DNA from: a virus
IMG/VR virus record: IMGVR_UViG_3300007609_000008
Coordinates: 1 to 64,000 of that record
DNA: 64,000 nucleotides
Reading direction: 5' to 3' (one strand)
Shown: positions 1 through 8,925 of the stretch, piece after piece
Position numbering within the stretch: the first letter of the stretch is position 1
How the letters are laid out: each line of letters begins with the position of its first letter
Notes under the pieces: model-generated
What the model saw: the letters and a program-made list of their open reading frames with translations, nothing else
What the model was told of the DNA's origin: nothing
Databases searched by the model: none
Translations under genes and position numbers: made by a program

Positions 1-174
1 GGTAACAACGATTATAAATCATTCAAGTCAGGCTTACATCCGAACGCTTCTGATGAACACGCTAAGAAGTTATACAATGCCACTCGTAGTGGCATGAGTC
101 TGAAAGAAGGACAAACTAGATTATCATTTGGAGCATTCTTAAATGAACAGAGAAGCAGTATACGAACAGCTTAA
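1..174 (+). CDS. C-terminal fragment, probably T4-like cytidyltransferase-family protein
   Basis: Frame 1 open from window edge: GNNDYKSFKSGLHPNASDEHAKKLYNATRSGM..., TAA at 172-174; resembles C-terminus of cytidyltransferase-like proteins of marine T4-like phages. Confidence 0.5.
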   Translation, partial: GNNDYKSFKSGLHPNASDEHAKKLYNATRSGMSLKEGQTRLSFGAFLNEQRSSIRTA

Positions 175-604
175 AAGAGACGAGGGTGTCAAATATGAAA
201 TTTACAACGACCACCTCGGTTTACCCACCTTTGGAGTCGGTCATCTTATCCTCGAAAGTGACGAGGAATTCGGAAAACCAGTTGGAACACCAGTTGACGA
301 AGAAAGAGTCAGAGAATGTTTCGACAGAGACCTTGACATTGCCATCGGAGAGTGTGGAGTTCTATACGGAGAAGGGACATTTGGAAGTTTACCAGATGAA
401 GTCCAGCAGATCCTGGTTAATATGATGTTTAACATGGGACGTCCTCGTCTCAGTGGTTTTAAGAAATTCAACGCTGCAATTGAAGCAGGTGATTGGAACG
501 AAGCTGCGAAGGAAGGCAGAGACAGTCGTTGGTACGATCAAGTAACCAATCGTGCTGAAAGATTAATGGTTAGATTAGAAAACTTAGCAAGTTTAGATAG
601 ATAA
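143..604 (+). CDS. Phage lysozyme (GH24, T4-lysozyme-like endolysin)
   Basis: DEG...Y.D..G.PT.GVGH catalytic region, LVNMMFNMG and SRWYDQVTNRA motifs. Confidence 0.92.
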   Translation: MNREAVYEQLKRDEGVKYEIYNDHLGLPTFGVGHLILESDEEFGKPVGTPVDEERVRECFDRDLDIAIGECGVLYGEGTFGSLPDEVQQILVNMMFNMGRPRLSGFKKFNAAIEAGDWNEAAKEGRDSRWYDQVTNRAERLMVRLENLASLDR

Positions 605-620
605 TAATTGGAGAATAATA

Positions 621-1091
621 ATGGCAAAATTTAATAGACTACTAGACGCAGACTTTCAACCCCCAAGAACTTGGACTCTTGATTTGTCTTTAGCGTTTGA
701 CTCAGACGTTTTGAATGAAACTGAAGCCGCTGCACTCAAAGCAGTAGGTGCTAAGATAAACAAGAACATGAAGATTACTGTACCCAAAGGATTCAAGACT
801 GACTTAGCGTCTGTTCCTCGTGGCATCTGGTGGTTCATTGCTCCTTTTGATGTAGCTCGTGCAGGTGTTGTACATGATTACCTATACTGGTGTATCAGAG
901 GCTATCGTGCAGAATTCGGCGCAGAACAAGACGAAGTTCTTGTAAAAGAAGCTAAAAAAGCAGCAGATAAGGTATTCAAAGAAGCTATGACTTTAAGTGA
1001 GCACGTTTCTGGTCTTAAGCAATGGTGTGCATGGAAAGCTGTTGACCTGTTTGGTTACGCATCTATTGTACCGAGAGACGAACTTTACTAG
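621..1091 (+). CDS. DUF1353-like protein
   Basis: VPKGFKTDLASVP...AGVVHDYLY...ADKVFKEAM motifs. Confidence 0.8.
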   Translation: MAKFNRLLDADFQPPRTWTLDLSLAFDSDVLNETEAAALKAVGAKINKNMKITVPKGFKTDLASVPRGIWWFIAPFDVARAGVVHDYLYWCIRGYRAEFGAEQDEVLVKEAKKAADKVFKEAMTLSEHVSGLKQWCAWKAVDLFGYASIVPRDELY

Positions 1092-1432
1092 TGTATTTAC
1101 TATTAATCAGGGCAGCAATCAGCGGTGTGTTTGGTTCTGCCTTTGGTAAATGGTTTCTCTCTACACGCATGGGAATCTGGTTTCAGAAGAAGCTAGATGC
1201 TTTCATGGAATATCTTTCAGTTAAGTATGATATAAATATAGCAAAGAAAGAAGCTAAGTGGAAATCAGATTATCCACTTCTTGCAGAACGCATAGCTCAA
1301 TTAGAATCATGGTCACACCCTCCTGTTGAGAAGGGTGGTGCTACAGAACTACTACAGGCGATTAAAGATTTGCAAGCAGAAGTTGATGCACTCAAACCTG
1401 CTAAAACAAAAAGGACTCCTAGGAAAAAATAA
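1091..1432 (+). CDS. Hypothetical protein, hydrophobic N-terminus, coiled-coil C-terminus
   Basis: 113-aa ORF coupled to neighbours, GTG start. Confidence 0.6.
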   Translation: MYLLLIRAAISGVFGSAFGKWFLSTRMGIWFQKKLDAFMEYLSVKYDINIAKKEAKWKSDYPLLAERIAQLESWSHPPVEKGGATELLQAIKDLQAEVDALKPAKTKRTPRKK

Positions 1433-2109
1433 TGAAATATTATATATATTCACCTATAGGAAGAACAGGAAGTAAAAGAATTTTTGTTCCACTCACTACA
1501 GCTATAAAAGATGAAGTTGAAGATTCTGCACACTTTGCTATTCCTTTCGACAGCAATGTATGCACTCTTATGCGTGGCGGTCAACCAAACGAAGAACATG
1601 ATTCTGATGCTCTAGACAATTGGGAAAATTCAGTTGCCGTGCATAGCCATAGTCATAATTGTTTGCCTTCATCTTCTTCAGATTGGACATTTGTTCTCTC
1701 TTCTAGAAAAAGAAAAGTAGATGCAGCACTTAGTAAACTTGTTGCTCAAGAAAGTAACGTATACCACCCTGCTTCTGTTGCTAAACAAAAAGAAGGATTT
1801 GCTCCTTTTGAGGCTTCTCAAGAAGATGTTAATACTTTAATAGAAGCGCACATTGCAGGAGAAAATGCATTCATAGAAAAGGTAACAGCATTAGGTGGTA
1901 CTCCTGTTGTTATTTACATGGAAGACTCTTTTGCAACGGTACAAGAAAAATTAGGCAGAGATTTTAAAGACGATGCAGATGTGCATGATACACACACTAT
2001 CAGTAATTTAAAAGCAGTCGATTACGTTACTAACTATGCAGAAATTCAAGCAGCATATGATGCTAACTTGACAGACTATCAAGCAAGATTTTTTTCGGAT
2101 ACAGAATAA
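1432..2109 (+). CDS. Sulfotransferase-like (Stf0/P-loop fold) protein
   Basis: N-terminal GRTGS (5'-PSB-like) motif, SRKRKVDAALS and IYMED segments; paralog of 12407..13024. Confidence 0.5.
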   Translation: MKYYIYSPIGRTGSKRIFVPLTTAIKDEVEDSAHFAIPFDSNVCTLMRGGQPNEEHDSDALDNWENSVAVHSHSHNCLPSSSSDWTFVLSSRKRKVDAALSKLVAQESNVYHPASVAKQKEGFAPFEASQEDVNTLIEAHIAGENAFIEKVTALGGTPVVIYMEDSFATVQEKLGRDFKDDADVHDTHTISNLKAVDYVTNYAEIQAAYDANLTDYQARFFSDTE

Positions 2110-2390
2110 TGAAATCATTCAAAGAATTTTTAGAAGAAGCAAGGGGCGAAGATTCAAAAGGACACTATAGATCCACTGAGTCTGGTGCTGGAATGACACG
2201 CAAGGGTGCTAAAGCAGCCGGCGTTAAAACCGCAGTCACAACTCCTCCTAGTAAATTAAAGAAAGGCGGCAAGGCTGCAGCCAGACGAAAATCATTTTGT
2301 GCTAGAATGGGAGGAATGAAAGGTCCCATGAAAGACGAGAAGGGTCGTCCAACTCGTAAAGCAATGTCACTACGTAGGTGGAACTGCTAA
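2109..2390 (+). CDS. Putative capsid internal protein (DUF6321-like)
   Basis: MKSFKEFLEE resembles T4 internal-protein capsid-targeting sequence; RRKSFCARM...RRWNC basic domain. Confidence 0.65.
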   Translation: MKSFKEFLEEARGEDSKGHYRSTESGAGMTRKGAKAAGVKTAVTTPPSKLKKGGKAAARRKSFCARMGGMKGPMKDEKGRPTRKAMSLRRWNC

Positions 2391-2773
2391 TGGCTAAAAT
2401 ACTTATAGTAATGTTGCTCACTTTTGGCGGAATAGGCTATTGGTATTACAACGACACTCAAGCTACAATAGCCACTCTAAGAAGCAATAATGCCAAGTTA
2501 GCAATTGCCGCAGAAACCAGTAAAGAAACTATTGGCAAATTGCAAGCAGATGCAGCACAATTTGAAAAGTCTAATCAAGAATTGAGAACGCAGCTAAATG
2601 AAGCTGAAGAATATTCTGACGAATTAGCTGGCAAGCTAAGAAGACACAATCTAACGGTTTTAACTTTACAAAAACCAGGACTCATTGAAGGAAGAGTAAA
2701 CAATGCAACAGCGAAACTATTTGATGAAATGGAAGTTCTTACGGGCAAGCCTGTTCCTGCTACTGCTGAGTAG
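2390..2773 (+). CDS. Putative inner-membrane spanin (Rz-like)
   Basis: N-terminal TM helix then long coiled coil; overlaps a downstream lipoprotein gene; ATG at 2390 overlaps upstream TAA. Confidence 0.65.
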   Translation: MAKILIVMLLTFGGIGYWYYNDTQATIATLRSNNAKLAIAAETSKETIGKLQADAAQFEKSNQELRTQLNEAEEYSDELAGKLRRHNLTVLTLQKPGLIEGRVNNATAKLFDEMEVLTGKPVPATAE

Positions 2774-3107
2774 TTTTACTGCATGCAGTATGTTCAAGCC
2801 GGAAGAAGTAGTAGTCACTCAGGTAGAGTATGTAGATAGAACTATACCTATACAAGCAAGGCCTAAGCCAGTCAATCTATATGACATTGAGTTTTATGCT
2901 GTCACTGATGAAAATATAGAAGAGTTTTTAGAAAGATTCGAAAAAGACAACGGGGATGTTGTCTTCTTTGCTATCAGTGTTCCTGACTATGAGAACATTG
3001 CACTGAACATGGGCGAATTGCGAAGATTCATACAATCGCAAACTGCAATCATTGTGTATTACGAAGAAAATGCAAATCCAAAGAAAGATGAAGAAGACAC
3101 TGAATGA
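2727..3107 (+). CDS. Putative outer-membrane spanin lipoprotein (Rz1-like)
   Basis: MKWKFLRASLFLLLLSSFTAC signal peptide II with lipobox Cys, Pro-containing mature region, overlap with i-spanin. Confidence 0.7.
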   Translation, partial: KWKFLRASLFLLLLSSFTACSMFKPEEVVVTQVEYVDRTIPIQARPKPVNLYDIEFYAVTDENIEEFLERFEKDNGDVVFFAISVPDYENIALNMGELRRFIQSQTAIIVYYEENANPKKDEEDTE

Positions 3108-5038
3108 AATCATTTAAGACTTATATGCTAGATGAAGACCTTCGCAAGTGGTTTGGCAAAGGCAAAGAAGGCGATTGGGTTAGGGTAGGCACAGACGGAG
3201 AGATTAAAGGTCAGTGTGCTAGAGAACCTGGTGAGGGCAAGCCTAAGTGTATGCCAAGAAGCCGAGCGCATGGCATGGACAAAGACGATAGAGCAAAATC
3301 TGCTAAAAGAAAGCGCAGAAAAGATCCTGTTGCAGATAGAAAAGGTAAAGGTGGTAAACCGATCATGGTCAACACAGAAGAAAAGACTCTTGAAGAGAAA
3401 AAACGTGGTCTGTGGGATAATATCAGAGCTAAGAGAGCCAGGGGCGAAAAGCCAGCGAAAAAAGGCAGTAAAGATTATCCCGACGAATTAGAAAAAATTC
3501 GTGAGGAAGAACTACACAAAAAAAATGTACCTACAAAAGCTGATCTTTATAAAGCATATAGCCAAGGAATGAAGATGACTTCTGGTACTGCTGCACATAA
3601 AGCTCACTTAGAAAAAATTAAAAAAATGAGAAAAGATTTGGGTATGAATGAAGAAAATCTTCATGAGAAAAATGTACCTACAAAGCCAGCTCTGTGGTCT
3701 AAGTACAAAGCACAAGCAAAGGCAAAGTTTGATGTGTATCCTTCTGCATACGCTAACGGTTGGGCTGCTAAGATGTATAAGAAAGCAGGCGGCGGTTGGA
3801 AATCAGTGTCAGAATCTTTAGAGTCGAGCATTGCAGAGGCTTGTTGGTCTGGTTATAAGAAAAAAGGCATGAAGAAGAAAGGCAATAAAGTTGTGCCTAA
3901 CTGTGTACCAGAAGGCAAAGAGCATTCTTGGAAGTCAGAAGGTCACTACACAAAAGACGGAAAAGAGTGGAAAGGCGATCAACACGCTCACAACGGTCAA
4001 GTGATGACAGGCAAGAAGCACACGGCTGATAGTCAAGACCTGTATCACTATAAAGAATTGTCACCTGAAGTCAGAAAGAAAGTAGCAAAGACTATCGAAG
4101 AAAAGTTGAGTGCAGACAAAGATAGTATTGGCACATATGTCAAAGACTTTAAGAAGTCTGATGCACCCCAGTTTAAAGGCAAAAGTTCTAGCAAACGTAG
4201 ATCAATGGCTATTGCTGCTTATCTCAAGTCAAAGAGAAGAGACGGCGAACGATCATTAGGTGAGTCCATCAAGTATAACTCAGACATGGGTGCTATGGAT
4301 TGGGGAACACCTGCCGGCACTGATTACATGAAAGACAATACTCCTGGTCAGAAGAATCCTAAAGAAGCTCCTGTCAAGCCGCTAGAACAGTCAACGCTAA
4401 GACGATTGAATGTCCAAGACAAATATGTCAAAGAGTCTGGTCCTGCACACGAAACGAAAGCAGAATACAAAAAAGACAACGCAGAAGATGCTCCTGAACT
4501 CGGCGACTACGCTCTGACAAAGCAAGACATTGCTGAATTAGAACACGAAGCAGACAACATCACATACGAAAAGGCACTTGAGTACGGTGCGTTTGACGAT
4601 GAAGATAACGAAGAACCAGAAGTAAATATCACTGAAGTTCTGTCTGTTCAAGGCAGACTCAAGCGAAAGTTTGCTGCAAGAAAGAACAAACAAAAACTCA
4701 AAGTTGCTCGTGGCATTGCACTTAGGCGTGGTTCATCTCCAGATCGCTTGAAGAAGCGAGCAACTCGTGGTGCTCGTGGTGCAGTCTATAAGCGTCTATT
4801 GAAGGGCAGAGACAAGTCAAAGCTACCACCAGCAGAGAAAGGACGATTAGAAAAACTGATTGGCATGTATGCTCCTCTTGTATCAAGATTAGCTACAAGA
4901 ATGCTTCCTGGAATGCGTAAGATGGAAATCAGCCGCATGAAGAATAGAAAAGGCGGCGCACAGAAAGCTAAGAAGTATAAAGCAGCCAAGCCAGTAGCAA
5001 AGACACAAAAGGCAAAAAAGTATAAAATTAAAAGATAG
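3104..5038 (+). CDS. Large basic modular internal head protein
   Basis: MKSFKTYMLDE start, repeated Glu junctions (TLEE, SIAE, TIEE, SLGE, NITE), duplicated LH.KNVPTK, very Lys/Arg rich. Confidence 0.6.
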   Translation: MKSFKTYMLDEDLRKWFGKGKEGDWVRVGTDGEIKGQCAREPGEGKPKCMPRSRAHGMDKDDRAKSAKRKRRKDPVADRKGKGGKPIMVNTEEKTLEEKKRGLWDNIRAKRARGEKPAKKGSKDYPDELEKIREEELHKKNVPTKADLYKAYSQGMKMTSGTAAHKAHLEKIKKMRKDLGMNEENLHEKNVPTKPALWSKYKAQAKAKFDVYPSAYANGWAAKMYKKAGGGWKSVSESLESSIAEACWSGYKKKGMKKKGNKVVPNCVPEGKEHSWKSEGHYTKDGKEWKGDQHAHNGQVMTGKKHTADSQDLYHYKELSPEVRKKVAKTIEEKLSADKDSIGTYVKDFKKSDAPQFKGKSSSKRRSMAIAAYLKSKRRDGERSLGESIKYNSDMGAMDWGTPAGTDYMKDNTPGQKNPKEAPVKPLEQSTLRRLNVQDKYVKESGPAHETKAEYKKDNAEDAPELGDYALTKQDIAELEHEADNITYEKALEYGAFDDEDNEEPEVNITEVLSVQGRLKRKFAARKNKQKLKVARGIALRRGSSPDRLKKRATRGARGAVYKRLLKGRDKSKLPPAEKGRLEKLIGMYAPLVSRLATRMLPGMRKMEISRMKNRKGGAQKAKKYKAAKPVAKTQKAKKYKIKR

Positions 5039-5054
5039 TCAAAGTTTGTTTTGT

Positions 5055-5062
5055 TATAAATA
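5055..5062 (+). promoter_or_regulatory. T4-type late promoter TATAAATA
   Basis: Exact TATAAATA in intergenic gap before 5068. Confidence 0.75.
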
Positions 5063-5067
5063 CTTGT

Positions 5068-6195
5068 ATGCAAAGACAAAACAAACAGCGATTAGAACAG
5101 TTGGTGCGGCAGGGTCTTATCCCTAGCCGCAAACTTCCCATCCTCATGCAAGCCATGGGCAGCCTACACATGGGCAAGCAACTCACTCCCAATGAACGAG
5201 ACACACTGTCAAAATATATGTTTAACATGACAGATATCATGTTGAAGGATGATACTGTGTTTAATCGTGCCAAATTACACACGCAAAAAACAAAATATCA
5301 AACGGAGGAAGCTACCGTGGACTTGGATGAAAAAATGGTTGATGGCGTTGAGGTAGTTGACGGACCAGAAGCTGAAGAGAAAATGAAAAACAAAAAACTT
5401 AAAAAGAAAGACCAGATAGATGATATGAAAGAAAATATGGATCCTGAAGAAGAAGAACGAGTGCGCAGAAAGGACGAAAATAAAGCAAGACGCCTTTCTG
5501 TAAAAAGTCGTCAAAAATTCAGGATGCTTCCAAAAGAATTACGAAAGCAAAAAGAAAAAGCAGGATTAGATGAAGAGATTACTAAGATGAATGAAGACTA
5601 CAAAGCTATGTTCGAAGCTGTTCTTGAAGAATATGGCGTAGAAAACATCCGTGACATTCCTGCTGATCAAAAGAAAGAATTCTTTGCGGTTGTAGATGCA
5701 GCACTAGAAGAAGCTAAGATGGCTAAGAAAGACCATGACGGTGACGGCAAAGTTGAAAGCGGCACTGACGAGTACATGGGTTCTAGAGACAAGGCAATCA
5801 AAAAAGCAATCAAGCTCAAAGGCTTTGGTAAAGATTCAGGCAAAAGCAACATGAGCAATCCTGCTGCTAGAGCTTCTTTGATGAAGAAAGAAGAAGTAGA
5901 ACAGATTGATGAATACGGCAACCCTGCTGCTACACCTGACAGACTTGCTATGATCAGAAAAGCGGCTGACAGAGTACAGAGCGGACAAGCTGCTAAAGAC
6001 GCTGAGAAACGTGCAAAAGCTGACATGAAGCAGAAAGGTGCTCAGAAAGGCATGGCTCCTACTAAGAAAGATGTACAAGAGCAAATCGCAGCTATCAGAA
6101 AAACAATTAAAGAAGGCTCAGCCAAAGAAAAGATTGAAGCCTATAAAGAACTTAACACAATTATAGAACAATTTAAAACAACGGGAGAACTATAA
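5068..6195 (+). CDS. Charged hypothetical protein, probable internal head protein
   Basis: E/K-rich; KKDHDGDGKVESGTDEYMGSRDKAIKKA motif typical of T4-like internal proteins; late promoter upstream. Confidence 0.55.
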   Translation: MQRQNKQRLEQLVRQGLIPSRKLPILMQAMGSLHMGKQLTPNERDTLSKYMFNMTDIMLKDDTVFNRAKLHTQKTKYQTEEATVDLDEKMVDGVEVVDGPEAEEKMKNKKLKKKDQIDDMKENMDPEEEERVRRKDENKARRLSVKSRQKFRMLPKELRKQKEKAGLDEEITKMNEDYKAMFEAVLEEYGVENIRDIPADQKKEFFAVVDAALEEAKMAKKDHDGDGKVESGTDEYMGSRDKAIKKAIKLKGFGKDSGKSNMSNPAARASLMKKEEVEQIDEYGNPAATPDRLAMIRKAADRVQSGQAAKDAEKRAKADMKQKGAQKGMAPTKKDVQEQIAAIRKTIKEGSAKEKIEAYKELNTIIEQFKTTGEL

Positions 6196-7007
6196 TGTCC
6201 GGATGGGGCCTAACAGATGCTTTAGCATCACAACCAAAATATATTGCTAAGAAAGTAGTATTTGATGCCACAGATACAGACATTGTATCTACTGAGAATA
6301 ACACTATTGTTGTCCGTGGTTTCGGATTCAAGACTGGTGATGCTCTTGTTTACACAAGTGCTGGCACTGCCATTGGCGGTCTCACTTCTGGTACTACTTA
6401 CTACGCCATTCGTGTTGACAGCTTCACATACAAATTAGCAGCTTCACTTGTAAATGCTAATGCAGGTACTGCTATTTCACTGACTGCTGTTGGTGACGAT
6501 GCCGCAGATACTTTGCAACTAGTAGATCCTACTTTGTTTGGTGTTGATCAAAACGAAATTCAAGCAAACAAAGACACTGGTGCAGCTACTCACGGTTGGG
6601 TAAAAACTGCTACAGTAGGATCAAGAAAGAAGTCGGAAACTCTTGTTGCTATGTCAAGCAAAGGTGGTATTACTACTGATGCAGAAGACGTAGAATACGA
6701 AGACTTCCTCATCAGCATTACTACACAGCCTGCTGACGATGAATCAGCAACTGGTGAAGCAGTAACATTTGGTGTTGTAGCTGCTATCACAGGTACTGGC
6801 GGCACACTGACTTATCAGTGGCAGCTAGACAGCGGTTCAGGTTTCGGTGATATCACTGACGGCGGTGTTTACAGTGATGCAACAACTGCTACTCTTGCAA
6901 TCAGTGACAACACTGGTCTAGACGGAAACGAATATCGTTGTGTAGTTAGTGCAACTGGCGCTGATGATGTGAATTCAGCCGCAGCTACACTCACTGAAGC
7001 AGCCTAA
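6195..7007 (+). CDS. Virion structural protein with C-terminal Ig-like domain
   Basis: SITTQP...VTFGV...TYQWQ...ATLAIS...NEYRCVVS I-set-like pattern; GFKTGDALVY...GGLTSGTTYY structural repeat. Confidence 0.7.
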   Translation: MSGWGLTDALASQPKYIAKKVVFDATDTDIVSTENNTIVVRGFGFKTGDALVYTSAGTAIGGLTSGTTYYAIRVDSFTYKLAASLVNANAGTAISLTAVGDDAADTLQLVDPTLFGVDQNEIQANKDTGAATHGWVKTATVGSRKKSETLVAMSSKGGITTDAEDVEYEDFLISITTQPADDESATGEAVTFGVVAAITGTGGTLTYQWQLDSGSGFGDITDGGVYSDATTATLAISDNTGLDGNEYRCVVSATGADDVNSAAATLTEAA

Positions 7008-7037
7008 TAAATACTTTTTATTTAAGGAGTATTTAAT

Positions 7038-7478
7038 ATGGCAGATGCGAAACTTTCAGAACTCACGGCGGCCACTTCGGCCGCTGCAACTGATGTATTT
7101 TATGCAGTTCAGGGTAGCAGCAGCACTCAAATGTCTGTTGCTACCTTGTTTGCCGATGTGGCCACGCCTGTAAGTTTTAGTGATAAAATTGCTATTACTG
7201 ACAGCAATACAATGACAAGTGTGGGTGAAATTATTACCACTACTAATATCACACTTATCAATAATCCAGATTCAGCAGGAAACTTTACAATAGGCGATGG
7301 AGTAGACGGTCAAATAAAAATCATAATCATGACTTCAAACTCTGGTGGCCACACATGTACCTTACAAGGTTCATCTCTTGCCCAAGATATAACACTTGAC
7401 GCAGGTGGCAAGACTGCAACCCTTCTATATACTAATAGCAAATGGTATTTCATCGGAGGTACCGCTACAGTATCATAG
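7038..7478 (+). CDS. Putative structural protein
   Basis: MADAKLSELTAA start typical of phage fibre/structural proteins; Thr/Ser/Gly rich; AGGAG RBS. Confidence 0.55.
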   Translation: MADAKLSELTAATSAAATDVFYAVQGSSSTQMSVATLFADVATPVSFSDKIAITDSNTMTSVGEIITTTNITLINNPDSAGNFTIGDGVDGQIKIIIMTSNSGGHTCTLQGSSLAQDITLDAGGKTATLLYTNSKWYFIGGTATVS

Positions 7479-7487
7479 GAAAATATA

Positions 7488-7865
7488 ATGCTACAATTGA
7501 ACAATGATAATTTTTTGTTGTATGCTATAAAAAATTATTACAATCCCGGATCAATGGGAATGTCAGAGTTAGAAGATGATTTAAAAAGATTTAAATACAT
7601 CAAAAGACTTCTAAATCGTCATAGAACATCAGGTGAAATTAATGAAAGATTAGTTTTGAATCACTTGGTAGTTTTATATAATGTTTTTGGTGAAGCTACG
7701 ACCGATATGTTATTTTATAAAATAGAAAAAGAATATTGGTCAGATCTAAAAACATATTTAGTGTATTTACACAGAATGCCATTAGAGACAGTAGTTTCTC
7801 CTGGTATAAAAGAAACAGATATACCATTGAACTCTGAACTCATTAAGGTATTACGGAATCTATAA
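7488..7865 (+). CDS. Conserved T4-like hypothetical protein
   Basis: FLLYAIKNYYNP...DDLKRFKYIKRLL...ERLVLNHLVVLYNVFG motif. Confidence 0.7.
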   Translation: MLQLNNDNFLLYAIKNYYNPGSMGMSELEDDLKRFKYIKRLLNRHRTSGEINERLVLNHLVVLYNVFGEATTDMLFYKIEKEYWSDLKTYLVYLHRMPLETVVSPGIKETDIPLNSELIKVLRNL

Positions 7866-8401
7866 TGGCTAGAATGGCAGACGCATACGTAACGTATAGA
7901 ATTCTTAGACTTCTTGCGACTCCTATTGAAAAGAGTGATGCTTACAAACTCGGCATCATCAATAGTGACGGCAAGAAAATTAAGAATCCTAAAACGCCCA
8001 CTGAGAAAGATGCTTATTCTTTGCTCCAGAGATTCGTATTCAAGGTTCAACGAGCACTGATGAAGTCTCCTGACAGAAATGCAAAGAGACTATTGACAGT
8101 AGCAGCAGCTCTTAGTATACTAAGAGAACATGATGAAAAAGATATAGCCTCTTACACCGACAGCGACATTGAAGCGATGTTGGACATGTACGAGACTGAT
8201 GAGAAAGTGATTCAAGAATCCACACTACTAGAACATAACACTATTTCATTCAAAGCCTTTCGAGAAGAAGTCGCAGCAAATGCTGCAGGCGGCGGTGGAA
8301 TAGACGGTATTGGTATAGGACCTAAAGGCGAGCCAGGCAGAGATCCTGTCATGATGCCAATGGTACGCAGAAAGAAGAAGAAGAAAGATGGCAACAGTTA
8401 A
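7865..8401 (+). CDS. Conserved T4-like hypothetical protein
   Basis: AYKLGIINSDGKKIK motif; C-terminal SFKAFREE plus Gly-rich peptide. Confidence 0.65.
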   Translation: MARMADAYVTYRILRLLATPIEKSDAYKLGIINSDGKKIKNPKTPTEKDAYSLLQRFVFKVQRALMKSPDRNAKRLLTVAAALSILREHDEKDIASYTDSDIEAMLDMYETDEKVIQESTLLEHNTISFKAFREEVAANAAGGGGIDGIGIGPKGEPGRDPVMMPMVRRKKKKKDGNS

Positions 8402-8864
8402 ATCACTAGAAACAGAGATAGCTCTTGTCAAAAGCGATGTAAGTCAGATAGGACAGTTATTCACTAAACTTGAAACTGCCCTAGACAAGATTACAGATGT
8501 ATCCAATAACATTGGACAAATTCTTGCCGTTCACGAACAGCGTTTGAATAGTGGCGAAGAACACATAGACGAGCTTAAAAAAGATATGGACGATGCTGAA
8601 AGTAAGTTTGACAATGAAGTAAAAGAACTACACTCTAGATTAACTACTAATACAAGAGAGATAGAGCAGAAAATGTCAAACGAAGTAGATAAAGTATTAG
8701 ACGCCATCAAAGACCTCAAGTCACATATGGTAGACAAGCACGATAAACTAGAGACTAGACTTGCGGCGCTTGAACGTTGGCGTTGGATTCTCTTGGGTGC
8801 ATTTATAGCGGGCGCAGTACTCGTTGGTAATGGAGTAACTTTTAAGAGTCTTTTTTCAATGTAA
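8388..8864 (+). CDS. Coiled-coil protein with C-terminal TM helix
   Basis: Heptad pattern then RLAALERWRWILLGAFIAG. Confidence 0.65.
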   Translation: MATVKSLETEIALVKSDVSQIGQLFTKLETALDKITDVSNNIGQILAVHEQRLNSGEEHIDELKKDMDDAESKFDNEVKELHSRLTTNTREIEQKMSNEVDKVLDAIKDLKSHMVDKHDKLETRLAALERWRWILLGAFIAGAVLVGNGVTFKSLFSM

Positions 8865-8867
8865 TGG

Positions 8868-8896
8868 TTGACATTACATCTTTACTGTAATATAAT
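8868..8896 (+). promoter_or_regulatory. Sigma70-type early promoter
   Basis: TTGACA-17 bp-TATAAT before primase. Confidence 0.8.
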
Positions 8897-8925
8897 AAGC
8901 CTATACTAAATGTGTGGGCTTTTTT

